NCBI RefSeq assembly: GCF_006345805.1 | Contig: NC_043010.1 | Location: 37,572,001 to 37,636,000, forward strand | From: Octopus sinensis | Lineage: Eukaryota | Reading direction: 5' to 3' | DNA: 64,000 bases | Shown here: piece by piece, positions 1 to 11,752 of the stretch | Numbering within the stretch: the stretch's first letter is position 1 | Layout of the letters: each line of letters starts with the position of its first letter | Translations under genes and position numbers: made by a program | The notes under the pieces: generated by a model | Database searches by the model: none | Told to the model about the DNA's origin: nothing | What the model saw: only the letters and a program-made list of their open reading frames with translations

Positions 1-185
1 AAACCATGTACTTAAGAAGCAAAATACTTAACAACATAACCAAACCTCTGCCAGTTAACTTAGATATTTAAAATTTTTTTCTTAAACATGAAGAAAATCT
101 GAAAAATTATGATCATATTAGGAATCCTTTGTTTTTCTTCCTTTTAGAACCTTTATTCATGTTATTCTTCTTATTTACTTTCTAG

Positions 186-256
186 GAGCAAATGGAGAAT
201 TTTAAAGAAGAATTTATCATGAAAAACATTGTCGAGAAAGAGAAAGAAGAGAAATC
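186..256 (+). CDS. PUS1: Internal coding exon of a PUS1-like tRNA pseudouridine synthase (gene starts upstream of the window)
   Basis: Pyrimidine tract plus TAG acceptor ending at 185. Encodes EQMENFKEEFIMKNIVEKEKEEK+TC, resembling the metazoan PUS1 C-terminal helix (FKEE.I...I...E..E.S). Ends at a U12-type donor GTATCCTT. Confidence 0.8.
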
Positions 257-1520
257 GTATCCTTAAATTCTTTACTAACTTTGGTCTCTATGACAACCAA
301 TACATATGTGTTCTTGTAATTTCATGACGTTGTTGTTGATGATAATGTTGGTGTTGTAAAGAGGGAGTTGATGAAAAAAAAAAAAAGGACCCTGCCTATT
401 GTTATTATTGAACTCAAGTGGGCCCTTGTCAGAGCAGACTTATGATTTCAAGACATTTCAGCCATCACCTTCTTGTCTTCTTTTCAAATAGGGTATTTCT
501 AGGGATTCATTATAGCGTTATTCTTTTTTCTTCAAGATGTTAGGGTGTAATTTGAGAGAATTTTGGCTGCTATTTCTAACAGGTTGAATGATTGTACAGA
601 GGACCCCTCATTGGCTCATTATGTTCAGCAGCAGCTGTTGTTGTTGTTGTTTGGACCATGGTCAGCCCTGAATGGGCTGATCTGATGTCATATGCATTAG
701 GGTCATGCCGATCCTACTTTTCTTGTTAAGGCAGCCTAGGGTGGTTTTTCTACCTGGCCGGCTCCTGTCAACCGTCCTACCCATGCATGCATGGAAGATG
801 GACATTAAACGATGATGATGATAGAAATAACATGCTTTACATAACACTTAAGCATCAGTTTGGATTATATAAAGCTTTATTTTATATTTTAAAAAATTCT
901 ACAGTGCACTTGGATACCCTTTACAATACACCAGTGCTTTGCAGTGCATTGTTGGAAAACCGATGATTCTCTGTCTCGAAAAAACTTGAAGGACGTCTAT
1001 TGGTTGGTCATAATTGTGAATCTTCAAATAAGGGACATAACTCTACGCGTTTCAAGTTGAGTGAATCGTATAAAACCTTTCTCATTGGTTCATGTGTGTG
1101 TGTGTGGTGCACGTGTAGTGATGCAGTGTTTAGTTAGTCTTCGTTTCTTGTTAGTGTAAAATCTTCCTTGACTCTTTAATCTCTCAGTCTCTTCAAATGG
1201 CTGCCTTGCCTCCACCATCACTGCTACAAGGCTCACGTCGGCCCCATTGCCGGGAAGTCGTCACTCCACCATGCGATGCGGAAACTCTATAAGTTAGAGA
1301 AAGCAAAGTTAGACGTTGCGCAACCGGCATAAAAAGGAAACAGAGGTGGGGACGGAGGTGGGGGGCGGGGGTAAGAGAGAGGAAGAGGAAGAGAACAAGA
1401 ATAGGATAAAATAACAAGAAATAACAAACAAACAAATAGAAAAACACGTTTATGTTTTAAATAATTAAGAGGCAATACCAGCATGAAAGAAAAAAAAATT
1501 CAATAATTAGTGTTGATATA

Positions 1521-1754
1521 CTGGGTTGGCCATAAGTCACCCAACAGCAAATCAAAATTCCATAAATACTTTCTGTTATTCCGTATTGACTCGAATGGAA
1601 AAATGTGTCGCTCAAAAAGGACTTCAGCTTGAACAATTTTCATGTTGTTCTATATTTAGATGCTTTTATTTAAATTAATTCAGTTGTTAAACATAAATAA
1701 ATCTTGGAATTAAAAGGTTTTGATTTACTGTCAAGTGACTTTTGGTCAACCCTG
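1521..1754. mobile_element. Tc1/mariner-type MITE, copy 1
   Basis: Inverted termini approximating CAGGGTTGGCCAAAAGTCAC; TA at the left flank. Confidence 0.7.
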
Positions 1755-1790
1755 TGTGTATGTGTGTTTGTATATATATATATATATATA

Positions 1791-2000
1791 TAGAGTTGGC
1801 CAAAAGTCCCCTGACAGTAAATTAAAATTCCATAAATACAATCTGTGATTCTGTATATTCAAATGAGAAATGTGTCACTCAAGAAGGACTTCAGTTTGAA
1901 CAATTTCCATAGTTGGACATAAATTTTCATAATTAAACACAAATAAATCTTGGAATGAAATGGTTTTGATTTACTGTCGGGTGACCTTTGGCCAACTCTG
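1791..2000. mobile_element. Tc1/mariner-type MITE, copy 2 (same family as 1521-1754)
   Basis: AGAGTTGGCCAAAAGTC ... GACCTTTGGCCAACTCTG; body similar to copy 1; adjoins (TA)n. Confidence 0.7.
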
Positions 2001-2017
2001 CATTTAATGAATGCAAA

Positions 2018-2235
2018 GGCGGTGTGCCTGGCAGAACTGTTACCTCATTGGACAATAAAGCCTAGCAGTATTCCTTCCAACTTTATGTTCTGAGTTCAAA
2101 TGCTGCCAAGGTCAACTTTGTCTTTCATCCCTTCAGGGTCAATAAAATAAATACCAGTTGAACGTTGAGGTCGATGTAATTGACTTAGCCCCACCCCTCA
2201 AAACTGCTGGACTTGTGTTTAAAATTTGAAACCAA
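2018..2235 (+). mobile_element. tRNA-derived SINE, family B (octopus OR-like / Meta-domain type), diverged
   Basis: GGCGG..CTGGCAGAA head, GAGTTCAAAT B-box-like motif, CTTTCATCC..GGGTC.ATAAAATAA.TACCAG core. Confidence 0.65.
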
Positions 2236-2333
2236 TGTATTAAATGAGTAGAATATTAATATACGGTAACAAATACTATTTTTGATGGCATAAAAGACAC
2301 ATAGGAGTATTAGATACACCCCACAATTTCATC

Positions 2334-2372
<39 letters not shown>

Positions 2373-2722
2373 GTTTAACGTCTGCTTTCTATGCTGGCAT
2401 TTATTCATTCATTCATCTAATTTTCTCCCAGGTTGGCTGACCGAAAACTATTGGTTATAGCTCTAGTTAAGAATGCAAATGCCCAATTCTATCTCATTAT
2501 TATTATTACTATTCTTTCACACTGGCAGCCTGAGTTTTTGCTGTTTCATGGTGCCCAATTCTATCTCATTATTATTATTATCACTACATCCATGTATATT
2601 CAAGAAAAGTAGTTTTTAGTGTATTAAAGCTTATGGGAGGCCCAAATTCACATATAGAACCCAGGGTGGTTATTTTGAAACGTCTTTTTGGAGGAAAAGT
2701 GCATTTTATATTCCTTCATATA

Positions 2723-2940
2723 TGAGGAGGTGCTAGAAAGTTCTTGGCTTTGGGTAAAAGAAAATGCAGGAGGATTAGTTAATTATGATTTTATCCAATA
2801 TATTCCCCTCTCAGATTCACACACTTATTGCAGTGATCCTACAGTTTTTCTAAGCCTTGTAAAAAACTTGGAAGGTTGGGCCTCCAACCATGCCTTCCAC
2901 GATACCCTTAAAGCCAGGAACTTTGCAGTATTTCCTCATA
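2723..2940. mobile_element. Mariner-type MITE
   Basis: Termini GAGGAGGTGCT.GAAAGTTC.TGGCTTT / AAAGCCAGGAACTTTGCAG; a related inverted copy lies at 49512-49709. Confidence 0.6.
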
Positions 2941-3074
2941 TGATAATTGTAAGGTGAAGACTACAAATTATTTTGGTAAATAAATTGTTAATGCTATTTT
3001 ATGTGTCTGACAAATTTGTTTTTGTTGTTGCTAGATGAGGGAGTGTGGGGAAGAGCCTGTGGCTTTTGCAAGTT

Positions 3075-3420
3075 CTCCTACACTGGGAGATTGGTGTTAC
3101 TATTCCCCTTGAACTTTTGTCAATCAATACCTGTGGGAAAGACATGGACAGAGAGGGAATTCCAGTGATTGAAGGGAGGAAGGGCTGTGCTTAATGGTTA
3201 GTACAGCATCTGGTGGTGGTAATGCACAACAAAGGTGCTGAGAGGAGGGGAGACCTGTAGGAAAGGAATGCCTGAGTGAGAGTGACATGAGCCCAGTTAG
3301 CTTCAAGGAGCAGAGGCCATTATAGTAGTGGTAGGAAAGACAGAAGGAGAGGAAACAGTATGCCTCTGGGCCAGAGGCTGGATCAGCTGTGAATGACTTG
3401 ATACCACATTGGATGCTTTT
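3075..3420 (-). mobile_element. Decayed CR1-group LINE 3' fragment
   Basis: Minus-strand remnants LAQRHTVSS..YYNGLCS and WNSL..VFP resemble the CR1-type ORF2 C-terminus. Confidence 0.45.
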
Positions 3421-4362
3421 TCTGGATGCCTTGCTATTTTAGTTGCAACTCTTTACGTTCTGTGTTCAAATCCTGTTGAAGTTGATTTTTGCTTTTCTTC
3501 CTTCTGGAGGTTGATAGAATACAGTATCAGTTAAATACTGTAGTTGTTATGATTGAAGAATATCCAAGTTTGAAACGTTGTGTCTAGTTTAGGAGTCTAA
3601 TATTTTGATTATTTTTGGTAAGCATGGGTGACAACTGTGGGCATGTTTTGATCTGTGAGCATCATCATCATCATCAGCAGCATCCTCACCATCATCATCA
3701 TCATCACTTTTTCATGTTTACATGGGTCAGACGAAATTTGTTGAGGCAGATTTTTATGGTCAGATGCCTTTACTGTTGTCAACCCTCACCTGATTCCAAG
3801 TAAGGTAATATTTCACGATGGCTAGACATGTTTTTTATGGAAGATTAGATATACATGTGTGTGTGTGTACCTTTGTAAATGATCATTATCATCATCAATG
3901 ATGATGATGATGATAATGATCATTTACAAAGGTACACACACACACACACACATGTATGTAGAGGCATATTGGTTAGTGGGATGTTGCACTCCTGATCTTA
4001 ACATTGTGGTTTCGATTCCTGGACTTGGAGGTACATTGTATCCTTGAGCAAAACTCTTCATTTCACATTACTCCAGTTCATTCAGCTGGCAGATATAAGT
4101 AATCCTGTGACAGACTGGTTCCCTGTTTTAGAGGGGAATATATATGCCGCAGAATTTGGGAAACCAGCCTTAGGGGGCCTACAGCTCAGAAAAGTCCTTT
4201 GGTCATTTGATAGACATGCACAGACATGGCTGTATAGTTAAGAAACTTAGGTCCCAACCACTTAGTTCTGATTTCAGACCCATTGTGTCACACCTTGAGT
4301 AAGTTTCTTCTGCTATAGCCTTGTGACTGGATTTGGGAGATTGAAACTGAAAGAAGCCCATT

Positions 4363-4938
4363 CATCATCATTGTATAACGTCCGTTTTCCATGCTAGCAT
4401 GGGTTGGACGGTTCGACCGGGGTCTGGGAAGCCAGGAGGCTGCACCAGGCTCCTGTCTGATCTGGCAGTGTTTCTACAGCTTGATGCCCTTCCTAACACC
4501 AACCACTCTGTGAGTGTAGTGGGTGCTTTTTATGTGCCACCGGCACAGGGGCCAGAGGAGGCTAGCAAACAGTCACAATCGGTTGGTCCTTTTTACGTGT
4601 CACTGACATGGACACCAGTCAGGTGGCGCTGGCATTGGCCACGTTCGGATGGTGCTTTTTACATGCCACTGGCACGAGTATCACAACTGCAATTTGATTT
4701 TTATTTTGATGTTGATGTACTTGACTCAGTAAGTCTCCTCAAGCACAGTGGGTCACCCTATGATCCAAGGTTAGCACAGCAGGCCGTCCTGCAAGCCATG
4801 AATTCATTTCATATGTCGGGTCTTCGCAGTCACAGCATATCTCCAGAGGTCTTGGTCTTTCGTCATAGCCTCTGTGAGGCCCAGTGTTCGAATGTCATGC
4901 TTGACCACCTCATCCCATGTCTTCCTGGGTCTACATGG
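4363..4938 (-). mobile_element. RTE-clade LINE 3' fragment nested in a SINE
   Basis: Minus strand RPRKTWDEVVKHDIRTLGLTEAMTKDQDLWR; (GAT)n tail; 10-bp TSD GAAGCCCATT at 4353-4362 and 4939-4948. Confidence 0.8.
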
Positions 4939-5410
4939 GAAGCCCATTGTGAAATATATATATATATTTATAAAATGTGTGAGCTTTTACTCTTCTAGCA
5001 TGGTTGGTTTTCTTGGTTGATGTGTATGATGTGATGAGTAATGCCTTGTCCACCCTTACCAACATAGAAAATCATGTAAAATGGTGCTATATAGCTTGTA
5101 TGTGTGTATGTATATATTTTTCTCTATGCATGTATATGTGTGTGTATATGTATGAATATATTTTTATCTGTATGCATATGTGTGTGTAAATAAGCTGCAT
5201 TACATATCTGTAGCCAGAGGTTTTAAAGATGTGTTGTGTAATTGAATGTGTGTATGTGTGTGTTTGTGTGCATGTGTGTGTTTGTGTGCATGTGTGTGTG
5301 TATTTCAGATGTATTACACATGTTTATTATCATTGGCCAGTATCTTTTTGAGCTTCTGTTTCTTTTTAAAATGTTGATTTCTAAGCTACCATTCCTTAAC
5401 GAGCTTCCAG

Positions 5411-5543
5411 GATGCTTAATTGGCTTGTCAGTTTACACAACCACACCTTTGGCTACGTGGACGACGAAGGTAAACGGTTACCTACAGCTATGTATGGGGC
5501 ACAGAAGAACCTGAAGACAGCAGAAGCTAATTCTCTAAGCAGT
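5411..5543 (+). CDS. PUS1: PUS1-like coding exon
   Basis: G+MLNWLVSLHNHTFGYVDDEGKRLPTAMYGAQKNLKTAEANSLSS. The joined junction KS|MLNWLVSLHNHTF fits the PUS1 motif SM..WL..L..H.F. GTAAGT donor at 5544. Confidence 0.8.
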
Positions 5544-5588
5544 GTAAGTTTGTCAGATATTTCAACTAGATTGAGGATTGCTGTTTAA

Positions 5589-5809
5589 CCCTTTAGCATT
5601 CAGATTGGCCATGTCCAGCCCAAATATTTATCATGTTTTATCCTCAAACCATCCAGATCTGTCCTCTCACACTTACCTTACAATGTCATTTTAAAAATTA
5701 AACAATCACATCATTGAAATCTCAAAGCTGAGAGCTAAAGCATGATTAATTCAAAATAATATTAATAAATATGCATTACATTCGACGGAATAATCCGAAT
5801 GTTAAAGGA
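5589..5809. mobile_element. piggyBac-like MITE (second, more decayed copy at about 6322-6542)
   Basis: TTAA on both flanks; TIR CCCTTTAGCATTCAGATT / AATCCGAATGTTAAAGGA. Confidence 0.65.
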
Positions 5810-5882
5810 TTAAAACAAGAAGCCTGTATCATAGAACCAAGAGTGGTCTCAGATGGGTTGCTATCAAAAGGGGTTAAATATA

Positions 5883-6272
5883 GGCGTAGGAGTGGCTGTG
5901 TGGTAAATAGCTTGCTTACGAACCACATGGTTCCAGGTTCAGTCCCACTGCGTGGAACCTTGGGCAAGTGTCTTCTACTATAGCCTCGGGCGGACCAAAG
6001 CCTTGTGAGTGGATTTGGTAGACAGAAACTGAAAGAAGCCCGTCATGTATATATTTATGTATGTGTATATGTTTGTGTGTCTGTGTTTGTCCCCCCACCA
6101 TCGCTTGACAACTGTTGGTGTGTTTACATCCTCGTAACTTAGTAGTTCGGCAAAAGAGACTGAGAGAATAAGTACTAGGCTTACAAAGAATAAGTCCTGG
6201 GTTTGATTTGCTCAACTAAAAAGGTGGTGCTCCAGCATGGCCACAGTCAAATGACTGAAACAAGTAAAAGAG
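5883..6272 (+). mobile_element. tRNA-derived SINE, family A (octopus OK-like), full length
   Basis: GGCGTAGGAGTGGCTGTGTGGTAA A-box, GGTTCAGTCCC B-box, internal (TG/TA) tract, 3' GACTGAAACAAGTAAAAGA. More than 10 copies in the window. Confidence 0.85.
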
Positions 6273-7723
6273 TAACGAGAATATATTCAAATGAACTTAA
6301 CCTACCAGCTGAAAGAGCTAATCATTTAGCAGTTAAACCTACCATATCCATCCCAAATATTCTCCTTGTTTTATGTTCAGACTGGTCAAATCTTGCCTTT
6401 CACACCTAACTTACAATGTCATTTTAAAAATTAAACTATCACATTATTGAAATCTCAAAGCTGAGAGATAATGCATGATTAATTTAAATTAATGTGAATA
6501 AATAAGTATTTCATTTGACAGGGGAATCTGAATGCTAAACGGTTAACCTCAAGTTGTCCTTAATTCTGTGGGCCTTTGACCAAAAACCATTCCAACATTG
6601 GCCATTTCATCTTTTTGTTTTCTTTTAGGAGTATCTAGGACTTCATAAATTCCTTGTTTAACTCTTTTGTTTCCATATTTCTGTGGAAATACATGGCTCT
6701 TGTTGCATTAATTCACCCCATTCTATGAACCAAACTACATCTCATCATACACTTTGCTTGTTCTCCTCCCTCCACCTCCACCTGATCCTGCAGCCCAACG
6801 CCACTTTGTCATCTCTCTCTCCTGACCATCCCCTGCAAAACTGTATCAGTGGTATCCTACCACTCCCCTATATATATGTATCCACAACCCACTGAATTTT
6901 TCCCTTCTCCTCCCCTCTCTTCCACTTCCCATTTTCATTCTCATGAACTCCCTACACACTCACTCTGTCTAATCCTCAGTACCACTCCTCCACTTACATT
7001 CACCTCCCTTTCACCTGAGGGTAACCCCTGGCTCATCCTCACCACCATCTCTCTCTCTCTCTCTCTAACTGGGGTATCCAGTGTCTTTCCTCTATCGCAA
7101 AGCCATCTCCTTCAATACCACTCTCTCTCCCAGTTGAGGCAGTCTTTTACTTGGTGTCCTTGCTGTTATTGGTGCCAAGTAAAAACCATCCAGTACACTT
7201 TTAAAGTGGTTGGCATTAGGAAGGGCAGGCTCCAGCCATAGAAACCATGCCAAAACTGACAGTAGAGCTTGGTGCAGTCCTCTGGCTTAACCAACCCTTT
7301 CAAACCATCAATGCCAACGTGGAAAAATGGATGCTAAATGATGATGATAATGATATATATGACAGGCTTCCACACAGTTTCCATCAGCCAAATTTACTCA
7401 CAATGCATTGGTCAGCCCAGGGCTATTGCAGAAGACACTTGGCCAAGGTAGTGTGCAGTGGGACTGAACCTGAAGCTACATGGTTGTAAAGCAAGTTTTT
7501 TTAACCACTCAGCCATGTCTGCTGCACATGGAATAAAAAAGAGCAACTTTTTTCCTTCGTTGCAACTGGAAAATTTTGGGTTTGTCATTGTTGTCATCAC
7601 AATCATCATCATCATCATTGTCGTCACACCCACTACTGCCCTTCACCCCCCCCCCCCAGCAGCATGTCTTAACTTATAGATTTGAACATTTTGACCATCT
7701 TTTTCTTTCCGTTTCTTCTTCAG

Positions 7724-7936
7724 GGACCAGCAGATGCTAATGAAAATACTGAGACTAACACCACAAATGACAAAACAGACACTACTACTACTACTGCAGT
7801 CACAGCTACTGATGTGGCCTCTACTACTACAACTGCCACTGCCACCATAGATACTACTACAGATACTACTACTGCTACATTTAGTGACGATGAAGTTGAG
7901 CAGAAAGTTCCTGAGTCAATGAGAAAGCTTTCATAA
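7724..7936 (+). CDS. PUS1: Probable terminal exon of the PUS1-like gene (Thr-rich tail)
   Basis: Strong acceptor (TTTTCTTTCCGTTTCTTCTTCAG), phase 0 compatible with the previous exon. GPADANENTE...VPESMRKLS* lies within ORF 7682..7936. Confidence 0.62.
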   Translation, partial: GPADANENTETNTTNDKTDTTTTTAVTATDVASTTTTATATIDTTTDTTTATFSDDEVEQKVPESMRKLS

Positions 7937-8474
7937 TAATAATAATAGTAATAATAACAATCATAAGGATACTCAAATAATAATAATAATGATGATGATG
8001 ATGATGATTTGTATAAAGACTTACAGGAAGAAGGAAAAAAAACCTGAATCATTAAAAATCGTTTTTAAAAAAAATATTTTCTTTATGAATTTTGTGTTAG
8101 GATTCATTTTAGTTTTTAAAAATCTTTACCGTTTTAGTTCAGTGGTTCTTAACCTGGGTTCTTATGACCCTTGAGGGTTCATATAAGATTTTGTTGTTAA
8201 AATTTATAAATTTTAGGTGTGGGTGTGTTTATAGGCACAGGCCTGGCTGTGTTGTATGAAGTTTGCTTCCCAACCACATGGTTCTGGGTTCAGACCCACT
8301 GTGTAGCATCTTGGACGAGTGTCTTCTATTATAACCTTGGGCTGACCAAAGCTTTGAATGGATTTCACATGAAAAATGAAAGAAATCCGTTGTATATTGA
8401 AGTGTGTGTCTGTGTTTGTCCCCTTCCACCCATTGACAATTGGTGTTGGTATGTTTATGCCCCTATAAAGAAAC

Positions 8475-9739
8475 CAGGCATGTGCCACCAGTAATTACTC
8501 AGGGCAGGCAGTTGCTGACCTTTATGTAGTAAAACACACAAAAAATAAGTGAAACACAGCTGCGAGAGTGAGTTGACGGCAGATTTACTTCTGCCTTTAT
8601 AGCACATAAAGCCTGCTCGTGAAATTAACGTGTAAGTGGCTGAGCACTCCACAGACACGTGTACCCTTAACGTAGTTCTCGGGAATATTCAGCGTGACAC
8701 AGAGAGTGACAAGGCCGGCCCTTTGAAATACAGGTACAACAGAAACAGGAAGTGTACAGCAGGGATCACCACCATCCCTGCTGGAGCCTTGTGGAGCTTT
8801 TAGGTGTTTTCGCTCAGAAAACACTCACAACGCCCGGTCTGGGAATCGAAACCGCGATCCTACGACCACGAGGGGCGAATTATGCTTACTTAATCTACAA
8901 AAAAATAAAATATTATATATCAGGTACGTACTGACAGTAATTACTCAGGGTAGGCAGTTGGTGCCATTTATGTAGTAAAGCACAAAATAAGTGAAACACA
9001 GGCGTACGTCTGAGCTGGAGGTAGATTCACTTCTGCCTTTATAGCACATAAAGAAAACATTGTTGTAGGAATGTACACAGCAAGTGTACTACAGTAGTAC
9101 TGTGCGTAGCTTACATAATGAGATTGCAAGGTAGGAGTGAATTATGCCTACCTAATCTACAAAAAAAAAAATATTTTGCATTTTATGCATATAATTAGAG
9201 TAATCTTCATAATTTTATTGAATTTGGTGCATATTTTGCCATAAAAGGAAAATGTTATTGATCTATCTTATTCATAGTCAACGTGCGTGATCGTTGCCAG
9301 AGCAGCTGACTGGCTTCCGTACCGGTGGCACGTAAAAAGCACCATTCGAGCGTGATCGTTACCAGCGTCGCCCCACTGGCACTTGTGCCGGTGGCACGAA
9401 AATATTCGAGCGAGGTCGTTGCCAGTGCCGCTGGACTGGCTCATGTGCAGGTTGCACGTAAAAAACACCATTTGAGCGAGGCCGTTGCCAGTACCACCTG
9501 ACTGGCCCTTGTGCCGGTGGCACGTAAAAGCATCCACTACACTCTCGGAGTGGTTGGCGTTAGGAAGGGCATCAAGCTGTTGAAACTCTGCCAGATCAGA
9601 TTGGAGCCTGGTGCAGCCATCTGGTTCGCCAGTCCTCAGTCAAATCGTCCAACCCATGCCAGCATGAAACGCGGACGTTAAACGATGATGATGATGAGGA
9701 GGCATTGCCTACTTTGCCTACTCAGGATGCACGTGCCTG
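8475..9739. mobile_element. Non-autonomous hAT-type element with nested SINE and RTE-tail insertions
   Basis: TIR CAGGCATGTGC / GCACGTGCCTG; perfect 8-bp TSD AAAGAAAC at 8467-8474 and 9740-9747. Confidence 0.8.
9285..9697 (+). mobile_element. RTE-type 3' UTR/tail with ~60-bp internal tandem repeats
   Basis: Ends CCAACCCATGC.AGCATG...GGACGTTAAACGATGATGATG, the same tail as the RTE fragment at 4363-4938. Confidence 0.65.
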
Positions 9740-11039
9740 AAAGAAACTAATAGAGTGGGTACAAGGCTTTAAAGAAGATAACTACGGGGGCCAGTTCACT
9801 TAAGTAAATGCTTCTATCTATCTATCTATCTATCTATCTATATCTTTCTATATATGGATAGATAGATAAATGACGCATGTGTTAACTGTATTTGGAGATG
9901 AGGAAAATATAAATGTCGCATGGGAACCACTAATCTAGCGATTAATTGAATGTTTTTAGGCTTGTTTGGTATTCCATAACACCCACAGTATCCAACAATG
10001 AATTGAGTCTTAAACTTGGTGTAAACATGTAATAAAACAGACGAGTGGGTTATCTGGGTGCTTCTACAATTGTTTCATTTGGAGTCTTTCCTGTGACGTA
10101 AAAATCGTACAGTCAGGTATGCAATATGCACAACATCCATATGATTACGTAATATTTTACGCAGCTCCAACTCACCAGACTTACCAAATAAGCGAGTAGT
10201 GACATGTTGATTAATCTACAGATCATCTACAAGCGAAGTTTCTAGTCAGAACCTCCAACATTTAAGAACTGTAAAATTGGTGGGACTGTCAATCACGAGG
10301 GTGAATAGCAGAATGATAACGTAAATTAAAGAATAGTTAAATGTATTTCTGTAGAAATCACTTGTCACGCGGTAGAATTGAACCCGAAACAATGTGGTTG
10401 AGAAACGAACTTCTTAACCATGCATTCAAACTTGATCTGCAAATTAGGAAAATTATGGGAGATGACAAATACGTCTGTACAGATGATGTGATGGCAGCCG
10501 AGATACGGAAATTATGAATCCAATACGATAACAATTGAAGTTAGACACAGGTAAATCGCATAAGTAAACTGACTAGATTGGTAAAAATAAAAGGGAGCAA
10601 TGAAGTATTCAGCGAAAACATTTGATAATTTAGAGAAACTGGATACCATAACCGAAAAAACAATAACGTTTTAACGATATTAGAAAGGATGCGTTACATA
10701 GTCAGTGCAACGTTGAACAGACCAATAATTCAGTGTGAAACCGGGTATAATAATGAAATCAAACAACACAGACAAAACAACTTGTTGAATTGGCAACTGA
10801 AATGCAACATGACAATGATATAAAATACACCACCGTCGAAGAATTAACCAACGACAATCTAAAGAAAACGGGTATAATAACGATATTGATTAACAGAGGG
10901 AAAAACAGTTGACACAATTAGCCAATGACAACACAATAACGATAACGATAATAATCCTTTCTATCGACTCCGAAAGGTTGAAAGGCAAAGTCGACCCCGG
11001 CGGAATTTAAACTCAGAACGTAGCGGCAGACGAAATACC

Positions 11040-11270
11040 TATTTCTTTACTATCCACAAGGAGCTAAACACAGAGAGGACAAACAAGGAAAGACAAACGG
11101 ATTAAGTCGATTATATCGACCCACTGCGTAACTGGTACTTAATTTATCGACCTCGAAAGGATGAAAGGCAAAGTCGACCTCGGCGGAATTTGAACTTAGA
11201 ACGTAGCGGCAGACGAAATACCGGCGAATCTTTCGCCCGGCATGCTAACGATTCTGCCAGCTCGCCGCCT
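11040..11270 (-). mobile_element. tRNA-derived SINE family B, full length (part of the cluster 10955-11717)
   Basis: Reverse complement GGCGGCGAGCTGGCAGAA...CTTTCATCCTTTCG.GGTCGATAAATTAAGTACCAG...AGTAAAGAAAT. Confidence 0.8.
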
Positions 11271-11752
11271 TAATAATTTTTTTCTACTATAGGTACAAGG
11301 CCTGAAATTTTGGGGTAGGGGTTAAGTGGATTACATCAACACCAATACTCAACTGGTACTTAATTTAACGACCCCGAAAGGATGAAAGGCAAAGTCGACC
11401 TCAGCGGCATTTGAATTCAGAACGTAGCGACGGGCGACATACTGCCAAGCATTTCGTTCAGCGTGCTAACGAATCTGCCGGCTCGCCGTCACCGCAATAA
11501 TAATAATAATAATAATAATCCTTTCTACGCTTGGCACAAGACCTTGAAAATTTTTGGGGAAGGGGACCCCAGTACGTAACTAGTACTTATTTCATTGACC
11601 CCGAAAGGATGAAAGGCGAAGTCGACCTCGGCGGAATTTGAACCCAGAACGGATCAACGAGCGAAATGCTGCTAAGCATAAAGTCCAGCAGGCTTACGAT
11701 TCTGCCAGTTCGCCGCCGGCACCATAATAATAATAATAATAACAACAACAAC

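Larger units (their letters stand above)
257..5410 (+). other. U12-type (minor spliceosome) GT-AG intron, phase 2
   Basis: 5' splice site GTATCCTT at 257; branch site TTCCTTAAC at 5392-5400, 10 nt before the intron end; no pyrimidine tract. Splicing restores TC|G (Ser) in frame. Confidence 0.88.

Noticed and set aside
1040-1092. Minus-strand GAAACGCGUA hammerhead half
   Set aside because: No convincing CUGANGA core or stems.
4399-4998. 199-aa + strand ORF
   Set aside because: Antisense frame of the RTE fragment.
9285-9535. CRISPR-like repeat with variable inserts
   Set aside because: Eukaryotic context, degenerate repeats, inserts too short, no cas genes; part of a retroelement tail.
10060-10182. 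Minus-strand hammerhead-like motif (CUGGUGA...GAAA-CAAUUG-UA) with a long stem II
   Set aside because: Stem I does not pair; at best a relic.
10630-10950. Degenerate ~125-bp periodicity (GAAA..GG.TA..ATAA)
   Set aside because: Too diverged to define by eye; frames contain stops.
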